Counted from the first letter of the stretch, positions 24,931 through 39,395 are shown. The stretch: 60,000 bases of DNA from Callorhinchus milii (GCF_018977255.1 NW_024704742.1:114268001-114328000); one strand, 5' to 3'. Translations and numbers: made by a program. Notes: generated by a model not told the origin, from the sequence alone.

Positions 24931-25460
24931 ATAATAATAATTTGCATTTATATAGCACCCTTCATATTCATCTCAGAGTGCTTCACAGTGGCAGGGTTGG
25001 ATGTCGAGCAAAGGAATGGGAGATGGGGGGGGGGGGAAAGAAGTGACCATAGGCCAGTTGAAGAGGTATGTTTTAATCAGGATTTAAAAGAGAGGGGATA
25101 AGGCAGTGTGTAGAGTGAGTGAGTTCAGGAGGTTAGGGAGTGAAGGCTTGGCTGAGGGTGGCTTGGTACAGGAAAGGGATGTACAGCAGTCCTGAGTTAG
25201 TCGATTAGAGAGACAAACAGAGGACTAGGGCAGGAGAAGATCAGGGAGATCAGTAGGGCATGGAGGAATTTATAAGTAAGGGTGAGGAGTTTGATATCGA
25301 TTGGTTGGGAGCCAGTAGAACCGGACAAGGATTTGATATGCAGAGTTTGGTGTAGGTAAGGAATATAGGAAATTTGGGATTAGCTGAATTTTGTGGATGG
25401 TGGAACCAGGGAGACCAACAAGGAGTACATTCAGAAGTCAAAGCAGGAGGTAACAAAAGT
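24931..25460 (-). mobile_element. Decayed L2 LINE 3' fragment
   Basis: ttgcatttatatagcaccctt tail followed by purine-rich sequence homologous to the other minus-strand L2 ends. Confidence 0.7.
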
Positions 25461-26615
25461 ATCAATAAGGATACAGACACACTCTAAACTGGCAAGTATT
25501 ATAGATTTATTCTACAAATGTTGTAAACAGAAAGCCATGGGTACTAACAAATGTTTACAAATCACAATTTAAGTGATATTTAGCACATTTTTACTGGATG
25601 TGACTTGTCTGTGTTTCTCTCTGGAGAGACTTTCAATACATTTCTTAATCCCCAATTTGTGAAGAAAGTTTCCATTTAAAAAAAATTGTCATGCAATAAA
25701 AAGATTATTTAAAAAGCAAATTTAGAGAGTAACAGATGGCACCAGATGGATTAGCAAATGGGATGAAAGTCTCCTCTGATAGCTGGGTTTAAAGGTACTA
25801 TGTGAAATTAATCTGACAAGTCTCTACCTAGTTCCTCATGGGGTCACATTACAAAACTGCCCTTGGTTTAATAAAAAAATTAGTAATCTTGGTGTGAGAA
25901 ATGGAAAAATATTACATTGTTCTAATAAAGGTGTCAATCTGAGGATTGAGCTAAGGCACATTTTTGGGCAGAGCTATAGGACCACTCCATATGCAACTGT
26001 GCTATAACTGACCACATGGCAGTACTTAATTCAAAAATTAGAAATGTTCCTTTTCTTCAACCCTAACATACCTTAGTTTGAGCATAAAATTCACAAAAAA
26101 ACTAAAAAGAAAATATTCAGAATATGCAGTAAATTATATTACTCCTTTCATGACTATTAGATTTAAAACTAGTGAATGCTTATAAAAGAACGTTCAGACT
26201 ATTTGCAGAATCAGGAGATGGTTTATTCCATAAGTGACATTTCCTCCAATGTAGATGACTTTGCAAAGCTATATTTAGCCATTAATCTGTGATCATTATA
26301 CTGAAAATTCACATGAAACATTTTTACGGCATTCCAACTTTCATTTTGAGGGAACTTTAAGACTATGTTTTTAACCTAACCTAAGGGTCATGGATACTAG
26401 TTACTCTCCTCCATTCATTGAATAACTCAATTCATCAATTTAAATGACCTCAGATCACCAAAGAATCAGTAAGAAGTGAAAATTTACTACTATAAACTTA
26501 ATAAACAAACAAAGTAAATATGCTAAATAAATATTGTGACACTATTATTTGAGATGATAGGTGTTTATTGCTGTGGTTCACTACATAGCTCCAACCTAGT
26601 CATTGGGGAAAAAGA

Positions 26616-26930
26616 TACAACAGCAACTTGCATTTATATAGCACCCCTCATGCAAGGTAGCGTCTCACAGCGCTTGACAGCGGCGGAGCACAATGCCGAG
26701 CTGGGGGAGTGGGGAGGTGACCGTAAGCACGGTCAACGAGGAAGGTCTTCAGGCGCGATCTGAAGACGGGGAAGGAAGGGTCAAGACGGAGGAATAGAGG
26801 AAGAGTGCTCCAGAGCATAGTGGCTGAAAGCGCTGCGACCAATGGTGGAACGAAGGACATGCAGAAGGCCAGAGCCAGTCCAGCAGAGGCAGCAGGTAGT
26901 AAGCAGGTTGGAGAGATAAGTCAAAGTGGG
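26616..26930 (-). mobile_element. L2 LINE 3' fragment
   Basis: LWSTLPLFLRLDPSFPVFRSRLKTFLVDRAY with a caacttgcatttatatagc tail. Confidence 0.85.
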
Positions 26931-28947
26931 ATGCTTTCCTATAAAGAAAGGAAACTGGAAGTAGCAGTTACGTTGGTCAGCTATCGTGAATCGATAACTA
27001 AGTAAGGATGAAAAAGAATTAAAGGAGAGCTGAGCTCACAACTCCACTCCCGTATGGTCATGAATCTGAAAGCGTACTTAACTCGGGAATCCATTGAAGG
27101 AAGAAGAAAAAATATTTCTCAAAGGGAACAAGCATGAATAATAATATTTCAAAACCACTCCACTCATTAAACCAAACTGCCTCATGCAATGTACTGTCAC
27201 TGAACATTAAATGCCAATCACATGTGTAATCATTTTGCTATTTTCACACATTGGAAGATTCAGTCCCACAGCAGCAGGGTGCTGTAGCATGCTGACATCC
27301 TTAACACTTTCGGCATACACATCATCTAGAGAGGTGCACCTTCCATTAGGAGACAATGGTGCTCTGCTAACCTCACGTGCCTCATGCAAAAACTGTCATG
27401 GTAGAGTTGGAAGGTTAAACCAGGTTAAGAGAATAGGCTGTTTCTGGCTTTGCTCCCTCTCTTGCCTCCTTCAAGGCATGACTCAAGACCCTCCTTTCTG
27501 ACAGTACCTTCAGCCACCCTCTTACTCCCTCTGCCCTCCCTCATGGGTTTCTAGCTTGGACATTTATACAGGTTTTCTGTGCCTTTCTTTCCTCATTTGT
27601 GCTTATAATAGCAGGAGGACAAAAACTTCCAGCAGACAGAAATGTGAACAGGTTAATAGTCACCTTAAATAACATATGAATCAGCATAGATGCTGATAGT
27701 ATTTGCTGGAGAACAAATAAAAACGAATGAATGCTTTTCTCCCTAATTTAGCCCAATGTTATCAGGTAAGGTGTTGAACAAATAAAAATAATTGCTGAAA
27801 CCCAAACAACATTAGGAAATTCTGAGGAAAAAGGCAATCCCTAATTTCTGTTTCCTTAAAAAANCAGCATTTCTGCAGAGTTGACAAATATGATATCCCA
27901 AAGGTTTCATTTTTATTAACCTTTAGAAAAACTGCAACATAAGTTTACTTCAAGGTTCAATCTTCTCCAGAATGCTGGAATCTTTACCAAATTCTGAACC
28001 ATTTAGAAAAAATGGCTTTGAACCATTTGGAATAATTCTTACGGAATTAGAAAATTACTTAGAAAGGTTGCTTTTAGTGCTCCGAGACTCTGCCCCACTT
28101 GAAGGGCGCTATATAAATGCAAATTGCTGTTGTTGTTGCTGCTCCTAGAACCAGCCACAACGGTGTACTGCAGTGGTTAGAACCGCACCTTGCTGACTGG
28201 GAATTTGCTTGTTTGAATCTGCTTGAATTTGCTTGTTCGAGTCTGTGCTGAGTTTTCTGGGCTGTCAGGATTGCATGTGGAAGCTAAATTAGCATAAATT
28301 TTCCCAGCATAAGGGCAGGGAAAGCCAGTAAAAAAAAAACTTTAATGGTATTTTTACTGTAATTTATGTGTGTGTTTTGGTGAGTTTAGTGTGGTTCTTT
28401 GACATGATAGTGAGTGAGCCAAAATCATTCAGATTGAGTTGTGATCTAGGAGTATGTGACACTGCAAGCATTAATTCAGAATTAGACATTTGAAATCTAG
28501 CCCGTGCTTTTTATAATTTTCCTTTAGAGAGCGACTATTTCCATTATTACAATTATATAAAATCAGTATTTAGTGGGTTAAAGTCTTTTGTACAGAACAT
28601 CAAGCACAGTCTCCCAGGTGATTCAGGTATAAACAGGCAATGATATTATCTGCCTGAGTGCCTCATTAAAAAAAAATTACCTTGTTTCAGACTAACTACA
28701 GATGTGCTGAGTTGAGACATTTTTCATTGTGAAGCAAACTCCAAGAAGGTTTGCATAGGTGGTTTTACTTTGGCGTGGGGAGGAAAATGAATGAGTACTC
28801 CTCTCACGTTTATCCATCTTGATACTAAATGTAATAAGTTATAAAAATACATTATTCTTCAATATCAAATTAAAATGAGGCTTATTTGGGGAGGCTCATT
28901 TTCTAACCTTTTTCCGGTTGGACTTGGACCTCTATGCAAGGTGGCCA

Positions 28948-29150
28948 GCAACAACAACAACAACTTGTATTTATATCTCGTCCTTCATACGGGGTAGAAT
29001 TTTAGGAGAGTTTAACAATGGCAGAGCTTGACACTGAGCCGGGAGAGAAGGGAAGTGACCATAGTTACGGTCAAAGAGGAAGGAATTTAGGTACGATATA
29101 AAGATGGGCAAGGTGGAGGCAAGGTGGAGAGATTGAGACAGGGAGTTGCA
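28948..29150 (-). mobile_element. L2 3' fragment
   Basis: (caa)n tail and NSLSQSLHLASTL...FLFDRNY. Similar remnants lie at about 27430-27545(+), 29510-29705(-) and 39640-39802(+). Confidence 0.75.
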
Positions 29151-30311
29151 ACTCACGTATATAGGTCTTTTCACCGCTCTAACATCAGACATCTGTCAAA
29201 TATCTGATGGGAAAGCCATAAGGCTTAGAGTGACAGCTGCTGGAAGGCATCATCTGGAGGCTGGGTTCATGAATACAAGCTCATATATTCAGGAATTGGT
29301 ATCTGCCTTGATAGCTAATCAAAGAAATAATCAATTGCTGCTGAAACTCAACACTTCCAACTGGTTGAACCATCTCTCAAATGGTTAGGAGTGGAATGTC
29401 TGGGCTGTGAGCTCGAGAACGATGACACTGTACTCACATACTTTATGCTGAACTGTGTTGCTCACCATAGTACAGTACTCCGTTCTAGACAATGCAACAC
29501 AGGTCATTTTTATTTAGTGTCTTTCAATTGGGGAAGATGTCGCAAAGCCATTCATAGTGCTGGAGAGCACCTAAGATAGGGGTGGGAATCAAGGGCATGG
29601 GAGAAGAAAGATGACTGAAAGCACAGTGAAAGAGGTATATTTTGAGACGTCTCTTGAAGAGGGGAGGAGGGATGGAGTCGGTGTCTGATATGGAGTTCCA
29701 GGGAACCAACCAAACATTTGTACAGCTTTTAGTACTATGATTTGAATACTCTTAAACCTAATGATGGGTTTCTGTATTGTCAGAAGACCTTAATCTCCCA
29801 ATTGAGGCATTGATGCAATAGTACCGCTATCACATCTGTCACTAAACCACGTGTTGCCTATGAAATCAGGTTCAGCTGCAGGTGAAGCAGGATGGTCCAT
29901 CTGTAGTCAGCCCTTGAAAAAAATGGTAGTCCTAAAGGGGTTGATAAGTATTTCTCTGCTTGAGAAAAATATTAACTAGGTTGCTGGCAGTGGAATCACA
30001 ATATTAGTAATTCTACCAATGATCGCCTATGAAGGCATCCAGCTGTTTTAAAAGCAACAACCTTTAAATATAACCGGAGGCACTACCACCAAGTTGAACA
30101 GTACAACACCTTATATTTAATTTGGTTTAAAACTTTCATCAAATTTCATATGTATAAATATCTTAGGAGTTTCTGATTTCACCATTTAAGTAACGTAAAC
30201 TGTTATGTTTCTCAGGAATACTTTACATCATAGAATAATTTCATACAGGTGTGATATTCTTGTTTGTATATTATCAATCATTAACATGTTCCTATTGTTC
30301 AAATCTGTTAC

Positions 30312-30401
30312 CTGGAAGAAACCCGGTGGCACTGGACCTACTGGCATTCCTTCTCCTGGGGGAATGTTTCCTAGCACTGGACTAGGAGCTGCTGCAGCAC
30401 T
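30312..30401 (-). CDS. SSBP2: SSBP2 coding exon ([30 protein letters not shown]), 90 nt, phase 0-0
   Basis: Minus strand reads tctttacag|AGT GCT GCA...TTC TTC CAG|gtaac. The peptide matches the SSBP2 segment just after the LUFS domain as I recall it ([16 protein letters not shown], versus PPNDGMPGGPIPP in SSBP3). Confidence 0.96.
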
Positions 30402-31989
30402 CTGTAAAGAAAGAACAATTCCTTTGTTATTGCATCCTGCAACAAAGAATCAATAGAGCTCCTAAATGTATTGGAGAAAACACATACTCTGCATACTCGG
30501 TGTTTAAATTCTATTGAAATGTTAACCAATCTTTCTCTGTCAAAAGAAGATCCAATTTGCCAGCATTCAGAATTTTTCCTTTGCATCGCATCTCTGAATT
30601 TCTTATCAACTTATGATAATAAAACTATATTCCCTTTTTTTAAAAAAAATCCCCCAAATCACACAGCAAGTAAAATTATTTATTTGAAAATATGCCACAC
30701 TTCTTCATGATGAAAAACTGTTTGAACAACAATCAATACCTTAAATCACTTTCCTGAAAATTGTTCATTTGTGAATTTTTTGTCAGATAGCACAGTAGAA
30801 TCAAGATGTTCACATGAAGCTTTGTGTACATTGAATTATTACTTTACTTTTACAATTGTTTTTTGAAATGTTCCATATTTTATATAGAAAACTACTTTGT
30901 TTAACGAATTGGGCGAGAAATTAATATCAGAGAGCCTGGATGGCACAGAACGTTAAATCATTCTTGAAACTATATTTTGAATTCTGGCCCACCACAAGAG
31001 ATAAACATTGCTTGAACTAGACATACCAACTTCCAATGCATACAAGTCCACAGTACTTTAAAAGTAATCAGATGTTAACCAGGTAGTCTTAATTTGAATG
31101 GACAATGTCGCTGGAGGATGCAGAGGAGATGCTGTTTTTGAAAGTGACAAAGCTACAAAAGTCTTCCTAACTGAAATAAATCTTGTACTTCAACTTGTGT
31201 TCAACAACGCTATTTTTTGAACACATGATTTATATTTGTTTTCATGTATACTCATAGTGTACAAACTGTTGTTAAGTTTATCAATAGGTGTAGGGATCAA
31301 ACTGTTACACAACCAGGATGTGCTCCTTCAAAATTGGAAATCTGGTGTGTGTAATGTCACTGGTCACAATGATGAGGAACGTTGGACTTCAGAACTTTTT
31401 ATCAATTACATTGATGAACATGTTTATATACACCAAAATAAACACTAGATTATTATTTTCTCTCGTGTGCTCCTAATTACAGGAATTAAAGGTCTCTACA
31501 AAGTGAATTTGCCCTTCAGTCACTTCTGAGTCAATTCATTTGTAAAGGTATGACAATAGAAAATATGTGGTATCTGGTAATTAAATGTTGAGAGAGTTAG
31601 AATGCACTTGTGATCTACACTCCCTCATACACCCACCCCTCATTACATTTAGAATAAAACAGTTTCTAAAGACATAATTATAGCATATTATACTATGCGC
31701 AAGAAACTGATATAGGATCCAAGAAACTAAACAAAACAAACACAAATGTTGGCAAAATATTACGTTCAGTACTCTTTTTGAAAACCCTCAGCTGTGTTTG
31801 GAGTGAGGGTGAACTTTCAGATGCTTCCCTCCAAAGTACAGATATTCATCTACAACTTACTTATTTTAGTTAAGAGGATCCTGAAGGCTTTAAACCTAAA
31901 TGAAATAGTCAATTCACCAACAATTATGTGGCAACTTCCTTCTAGTACAAGAAGTTACCTCTAACTGTTGGACTCATCACTTAATCTGT

Positions 31990-32400
31990 GTGTAGGCTTG
32001 GACAAGAGGATGATGGGAAAGCTAACACTCATCGTATGCTGAGTTGCACTGCTAACCATACAGCTCACAAGGAGTTCCTGGTACCCGGCATCCATTTAAG
32101 ATCTCAAATCTGCGCTTATCAGATAACTACTGACCACCTATTGACTATCTTCCTATGGGGTGTGTGGAGGGAGTGGTAGGAGGGGGGGGGGGAAGGGGGA
32201 GCAGAGGAGGAGGGGAAGTAGAGGAGGAGGGGGGGCAGAGGAGGAGGTGTAGGGTGCAGAAAGTCAATAAGGTTTCTTTGGGACTAAGTTGGCTTTAAGG
32301 TACATACAAAACAATCGAACATCAGAATGAGTATCTTTTGTGGCAGTCTCAGTAATACAAGTCAAGCAAGCAATACTCCCAGGTACTGTTGATGGACCAA
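31990..32400 (+). repeat. Dispersed repeat of unassigned family, copy 2, with an internal G/A-rich expansion at 32165-32255
   Basis: Homologous to 6445-6790 at both DNA and translated level. Confidence 0.7.
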
Positions 32401-32520
32401 ATAGCCAGCTCATGAACAGGACTTGGAGAAGCAGACCCTCAAATGGCAGCTGGGATTCTTCTCTTCTCAGCTCCTGTTAACTCTTCAAGTGAAAGCCCTA
32501 ATGAGTAGGGTGGTCCTATC

Positions 32521-33493
32521 ATATATATTAATGATCTGGACTTGGGCATAGAGAGCACCGTTTCCAAGTTTGCAGATGATACAAAGTTGGATAGGGTAGT
32601 AAATAGCGAGGAGGACTGTAACCAACTGCAAGCAGACATACACAGAATGGTGGAATGGCCTGACATGTGGCAGATGGATTTCAATGTGGATAAGTGTGAG
32701 GTGATACACTTAGGTAGGAAAAATGATAGGAGGCAATATAGACTTGGTAGCTCAATCTTAAGGGGGGTGAACGTACAGAGAGATCTGGGTGTTCAAGTAA
32801 GCAAACTATTAAAGGTAGCGGGGCAGGTAGATAAGGCAGTAAAAAAGGCATTTGGTGTACTGAGCTTTATTAGTAGGGGCATAGAGTATAAGAGCAGGGA
32901 GGTTATGGTTAATCTATACAAAACACTGGTTAGGCCTCAGCTGGAGTACTGCGTCCAGTTCTGGGCACCTTACTTCAGGAAGGACATTAAGGCAAAGGGT
33001 GCAGAGGAGATTCACGAGAATGATACCAGGAATGGGGAACCTTTGCTATGAGGACAGGCTGGAGAAGTTAGGACTTTTCCCATTAGAGCAAAGAAGGTTA
33101 CGCGGGGACCTGATAGAGGTCTTCAGGATCATGAAAGGTTTCGACAGGCTAGATAAGGAAAAGCTGTTTCCGCTGGTAGGTGTGTCTGTGACCTGTGGTT
33201 ACAGTCTTAAGATATCTAACAAAAGAAGCAGAGGGGAGGTTAGAAGAATTTTTTTCACTCAGCGAGTTGTTCGAATTTGGAATGATCTGCCTGAAAGGGT
33301 AGTGAAGTCCGATTCGATAACAGCTTTTAAGAGAGAACTGGATAGGTATCTGGGGAAGACGGGTTTGCAGGGTTATGGGGAGAAAGCTGGTGATTGGGGT
33401 TAGTGAAAGTGACTTGCTCTGTCAAAGAGCCGGCACAGACTTGATGGGCCGAATGGCCTCCTTCTGTGCCGTAACATTTTATGAATCTATGAA
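32521..33493 (+). mobile_element. CR1-clade LINE, 5'-truncated (RT C-terminus plus 3' UTR), one frameshift near 32995
   Basis: SKFADDTKL, WQMDFNVDKCEVIHLG, YKTLVRPQLEYCVQFWAPY, RRLRGDLIEVF and FFTQRVVRIWNDLP, then the tail gatgggccgaatggcctccttctgtgccgtaa...ctatga. Confidence 0.96.
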
Positions 33494-35746
33494 AATTAAT
33501 CTGGACAAGAATCGATTATCAGTGCCAGAATTTAAATAACTACACAGAATTAGATGATTAAACTCCAGCACTGTATCCTCTGGGGTCCTCAAGCCTTGGT
33601 TCTTGGCAACATGTGCTTAAACTCTCTGGGATTGAGTAAGCAGTTTATTCTGGGGAGAGGGTGCAGACTCCATACCAGACAAATGGAAGCCTAGAAGGAA
33701 TATATTGAACTCTCAGACTCTGGGTTGGAGACATGAGCATAATAATAGATTTTCATATCGTCAGATACCCAGCTAACCATAAAAAATAACAATACCTACT
33801 ACAGTTATGGGCTTCAGGTTTTGGCAACATTTTAATAATCGCTAACTAAACTTGTGCCTATCTTTCAAGAAACTCAACGTCATCCAAAACAACATCAATA
33901 CAATAAATGAGATTAACTGGAATGCCATACTCCAATAAGGTTCATACAATAATCTCCATATATGAAATTATAGACTTTTAAAAAGGAAGAATATAGACAA
34001 TTTCTTCATCTATGAGAAGAACACTATGTCCCTCTCAATGGCTAAGTGGTCAAATAGAGTTTCTGAAGTGAATCATGACATATCCAGCATTCCATCTGCA
34101 CCAACCAATATGTAAAGAAACTAAAAGGTTTGATCAATGGCACAGTAAGGTATTCAGGACTCAAAAAAATTTCAATAATTGAGATGATATTCCCTTCCTC
34201 CCTCAGATCCTGTGAATAACAAAATAAAATAATAATAAATTCATATTATGTGAAGAAAGTATGAAAATGCACAAAGGAAGTCTTCTTTCCATCTTTCCAG
34301 AAGCTCTACAGTTTGCCTATCTTACCAGCTGCAATCAAATCTCAAGAAGATCTATTTTTAGTAAAGCCATATATCATTAAGGATCAGTTAGCCTATCAAA
34401 CAGTCCATGTTTGGCTTGGCTTTGTTCCTACTGAGGGTGTTCGCTGTGATATTATGTATCTGTGCAAGATGTTGAGCAAAAAGATTTGTAAGATTTAACA
34501 CAAATGCTAAATCTCAAAGGTAAGAAGACTGTGTCCAACCTGTTTAGGTGTTTCACGACAGTCCATGTAAATTCAATAATCTGCTCTAAATATTTTTTGA
34601 GCAAATTAAATAGCACAACCTCAGCCACAGACACAGATTTGAAGCTTGGAACAAGCTTCTCAATGCTAGAAATCCTTCAGCAAAATATCCTGGATGATGA
34701 CCACTGGGAAAGATCGCTCAATCTTGAAGGTGGGTGTCTGAATCAATCGGACAGAGAAAGTCTGTGTTAATCAATACTGACAGATCAGATTACTAGCACT
34801 GATTCACCAATGAATCAATCCTACCTAATAAAAACTTAAGACTCGGCAAAACTATACCGAACTCTGAATCTTGTACAACAAAAATTATCCAAAAAAGCAG
34901 CATTAGAATCTTAAATCAAATGCAATGGAGTAATCATAAATAAACTTTTCCTCCAGTGTCTAGGGACTAGAAACTTCTACCAACAACTGAAAAAAATTAG
35001 AGGTGTAGTTCGGAATTAAACTCTTTGATAGAACCAAAATAGGAAAAGGCATCTGACCAAAGTAGTTGTTGTGTGGGATGGTGTTACAGGTGGTTTGCCA
35101 TTTGATAGAATATTCAATTGCATTTCGATCCTGAAGAAATCAGAACAAATCTTTTAAGTGGTTTTAATCTATTCCCACTTTCATCAACAAAGAGGAAACT
35201 GTGTTGTTGGACTCTGAATTAACATTTTGTTTTCAGTTATCTTATTTGTCTGTCAGCACTTCAATCTTTCTATATATTAGGGTTCTGATACACAGTAAAG
35301 GATTTAGGTAAAAAAGGTAAAAGGGTTCTGAACAAATAGGCTTGCCTGTTTCCGATCCTAATCGGTGATAAACAGCATTTGTTCTAATTTTCACCAAATT
35401 GAGGAAAAGTAATTCTCATTGTTAAACTTTGTTTTACTTTTACTTAACCATGTTTTGACCAACAAAATGGCCGACTTGTAGGCCATTTCCTGCAGTGGTA
35501 ACGTCACTTGAATAAAAATCAAATCAAGCCAGAAAAAAAGCATAATAAAATAAGCATTGATATTTTCCATCTAAATTTAAAAAAAGGAACAAATTCAAGC
35601 AAATCTACGTATAAAGTAACTAATGTCTGTATATTGAAATTTGTTCTCTCTGAACACCTGTACAATTAATGTTATTGCTAACATATAATAATCCACTACT
35701 GTACTATTGAAACAAGGTAAAGTAAATATTTCTTTTACTTTCTTGT

Positions 35747-36031
35747 TAATAATAATAATCCTTGCATTTGATATAGTGCTTTTCACACCTTCTAGATGTC
35801 TCAAAGCGCTTCACAGAAAATACTGTAAAGTGAATTGACTGTATATTTGTGGGCGAAACCCAGCAGCCAATTGCATACAGCAGTCATGGATTGAAGTGAC
35901 CAATTTATTATTGATTATTATCAAGCGTGTGGAGTAAGGAAACTTGTCCAAGGTTTTGCCCTGCCAGGAATCGAACCCAGGTCTCTCGTTTGAGAGGCGA
36001 GTGCTCTAACTACTGAGCTACAGGATTCCAC
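35747..36031 (-). mobile_element. tRNA-derived SINE, short subfamily
   Basis: Tail, body and head (ggaatcgaacccagg...ctactgagctacagga) match the 28-353 copy, with internal deletions. Confidence 0.9.
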
Positions 36032-37129
36032 GAGGACTTCTTTCCTCATGGTGCTCACTGATCCAACCCTTCCTATTATAATTCAATTGGTTGTGAAAAG
36101 GGATTTTATTGGAAATATAGTACGACAATTGGCAATATTTAAAGTTTATCCTATACGAGGCTAATGCTTGAACTCAGCTGTCCTGTGGGCAAGTTTCACT
36201 GGAACTAAACTGGACCACTAGGTGGAGTGCTCCATCACGGAGAAAAAAGGTAAAGCAACAAGATCTATTCCACCTATAATACACTCACAAAATCTAGAAC
36301 ACTGTTGATGGTGCTAGTGAAGAAATACCCAATGCAATTTGGTAAAAGGAAAAATAATCTAGAACAAAAATGTCTAAAAAGCCGAGAAATACAATAGTGG
36401 AGACAGAAAAAAAAATTAAAATGCCTTTAAATAAGTAAATTATTTTAATTCATACATTAGAAAAAACTGATAGCAATGGAAATAGTTATTTGAGATTAAA
36501 TTCTTGCTTTATTATATTGTTTTAAACAATGAGGGATTCATCAAGTCATGTGCCCTGTCTGCTCAACCCACACACAGCCGGCAACACATTACTGCTTGAA
36601 ATACACGCAAACTGCTCTCCACTATGCATTGCTCATGACCTCAGAATGAGTACAAGCATCTCAGATTTCAAACCATTTTGAAATATTTTCGACTTTTTTG
36701 AAAGCATCAAGTCATGCAGCCTGTGTAGGTTGACTGATGAGGATACGAAACAGATAAAGAAAACTCATGATAAACAACAGCACCTGCCAAACTAATTACT
36801 ACCTTTGTTACTGCTGTCAGAGTATTAAACATTCTTTTTCAGAAATATTTCACAATCTATGCAACTCACATAATCAATGCAGAACATGTACTTAGAAGTT
36901 GCAAAACAAATTGACATTTTGACAATTCAATTTTGTATTTTCTGCAACTAATTAGATTTTTTTTACTAAGATACAACAGCATATTACTGCATTTGTAAGA
37001 TTACTGTTACAATGCTGAATCAATAGTAAATCATTGAGATATCCAACAATGCTTAGAACTAGGCACAAAAGTGCAACAACTAAAATCGAGAATATGACAA
37101 TAGGGTTAAGATAAATGTGATCCAAGATA

Positions 37130-37540
37130 CAATACATACTGATATGGTGCCTTTCCCATTGGGAGAACATCCCAATGTGTTTGACAATTGTGGCTGGATG
37201 CCGGAACTGCGGATTAGTGCAGAGGGAATGAGGAGTGGAAAGATGACTGCAAGCACGGTCAAAGAGGTACGTTGAAAAAGGGGAGGGAGGAAGCAAGTTG
37301 GAGAGACCTGGGAATAGAACTCCAGAGAGCAGGTACCAAGTGTCTGAAAGCCCGCCTGCAGATGGTGGGGCAGATAAAGCGGGGGACACGGAGTAAGGAG
37401 CCCAGCGTTGGGCGAGTGAAGGAAATGGCCAGGTTGGTAAGGGTGAAGAAGGGTGTACAGGGAAAGGTTGGGACAAGACTGTGGAGGGATTTAAGTGTGA
37501 GAACAAGGATCTTGAACTCGATCCGCTGAGGGATGGGGAA
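37130..37540 (-). mobile_element. L2 LINE 3' fragment
   Basis: PIPQRIEFKILVLTLKSLHSL...RAFRHLVPALWSSIPRSL in ORF 37259..37585(-). Confidence 0.88.
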
Positions 37541-37690
37541 ACTACTATTATTAAAGGCCAATATTGTTTGATTTTGGTATGACATGGTTCATTTTAAATG
37601 AATTGATATTAATCTTTTCAATGAACAGTGCACATTCAAGTCAGACATTGAATCTGCTTTTGTTTTACTACCTAGAAACAGAGGCATGAA

Positions 37691-37781
37691 CAACAACAAC
37701 AACAAGATTCCATTTATTGAGCGCCTTTCACGTCGGGAGGACGTCCCAAGGCGCTGTACAGTTGGGTCAGGAGCCAACTGT
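37691..37781 (-). mobile_element. Short L2 3'-tail insertion with a 6-bp target-site duplication (catgaa)
   Basis: catgaa at 37685-37690 and 37782-37787. The empty-site paralogue is at 39443-39448. Confidence 0.9.
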
Positions 37782-38484
37782 CATGAAGCCACGTAAAGAG
37801 GGAGGAAGGGGAGAGAAAGAGAACCTGGTAAACTCAAACATCACCCATTTACTTATGGCATTCCTTCTCACCTCCTCCATTTAAATCAAAGGATAGGAAA
37901 TTCAATTTATTAGAGACTGGCCAAAAACAAGCATCTTGTGAAAGTATCCTAAACACATAGCAGGGTGCCAATCAGGTATTAGCTTTAGCACTCCAGTGAT
38001 TGCAATACAATGGTAAAATCTACAGTACTGTTTGAATACCAGTAATTCTGAGCTGGAATTAACCAGAAAACAAGGCATTAGGTAAAACATGAGCACATAT
38101 TGATTTAAGTAGATGGGATTCTTGAATTGAGAATTCTTGAACTGAGAATGTCAGGTCAGAGAAGAGCTCAACCAATCTTCCTATGGTTCTCATTTCCCAG
38201 TTACATAGTAAACAACCATGCACAATTACCTTTAAAAATGCTAGTCTCAAAATTGTGCCTTGTGAATTATTGTCATTTCAATGAAAAATGCAGCTATCAA
38301 TTAAGGACACGCAACTCCTGAGTTAATCACAGTGGTTAGGCCAAGTTGGCTCTGATATTTATTGGGATTTGCTGATGATGGTATTGGAGTGCCTGTTAGC
38401 AAAATACTATGTTAACTAGGTTTCTTTGTTGATTTAACCAGTATCATGTTGACCAAAACTCCAACCCTATTTAAGGAAGACACA

Positions 38485-38610
38485 AATAAGAGGGGTATGG
38501 GTGAAGAGATTAGGAGGAGTGGGGATTCTTGTGGAGTATAAACACCAGCACAGACTAGTTGGGCCGAATGGTCTGTTTCCATGCTATAACAATCCAAGTA
38601 ATTCTATGTA
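38485..38610 (+). mobile_element. CR1 3' tail fragment
   Basis: accagcacagactagttgggccgaatggtctgtttccatgct...attctatg. Similar decayed tails occur near 9270-9500 and 46330-46503. Confidence 0.7.
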
Positions 38611-38684
38611 CTGTTGTGATCCATGTATTGCAACAGTCAGAGTTTGGAGAGAGGAGGAACTAACACCCAGACACCAATTAATTA

Positions 38685-38987
38685 ATGTCTCCAGCCTGCT
38701 TCACGTCCCCCGCCTTGCTCGCCCCACTATCGGCGGGCGGGCCTTCTGCCACTTTGCACCCACCATCTGGAACTCCATCTCGCAGTCCCTCCGTCCTGCC
38801 CCCTCCCTCGCCACCTTCAAGACCTACCTCAAGACCCTCCTCTTCGACCGTGCTTTTCATCTCCCTGCTTTTCCCCCTGCCCTCCACCCTGACCCTCAGC
38901 TCAGGTCCATAACTCTGTCTGTCCAGAGTCTTGGGACGTCCTCCCGACGTGAAAGCACTGTACAAATGTAATTTTGTTGTTGTTGTT
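38685..38987 (+). mobile_element. L2 LINE 3' fragment
   Basis: LLHVPRLARPTIGGRAFCHFAPTIWNSISQSL, followed by a stem-loop tail and (ttg)n. Confidence 0.92.
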
Positions 38988-39395
38988 TAGCCATCAACTG
39001 ATCACATTGGCAGCATTTTTCAATAATGTCATAATTAACCTTGCGATAAGTGATATTTTTGTTAGTTATCACCAGTGTTAATTAACAGACTTAACATCAC
39101 ACACTAGTCACAATTTTCACCCATAGTATTCTGAAACGGTTATTGTTTACTACGACTGAAACATTTTTCCAGTTAGCCACTTAGTAGCCAACAACTGGGA
39201 GGAATATACAACAGACAGCAAACATTCGATTCTTTCAGGCCTACTGCAAAGTCTATCACCCTGTTTTGAAAGAATGAACTAGGATTCAACCTAGATGATA
39301 CATTGTTCACAAAAAAGTCTACTGCACATTACACAGTATAAATAGAAGCAATGACACAAACGGAGATGCAATAGTTTCATTCCTTTGTACACCAG

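Noticed and set aside
23090..27864. Single N bases at 23090 and 27864
   Set aside because: Both follow A homopolymers and reflect sequencing or assembly ambiguity, not biology.
32165..32255. G-rich tract as a functional G-quadruplex
   Set aside because: It is a simple (gag/ggg) expansion inside a decayed repeat, with no evidence of function.
32542..33403. Reverse-transcriptase ORFs as a functional gene or retron-like system
   Set aside because: This is an ordinary 5'-truncated, frameshifted CR1 LINE.
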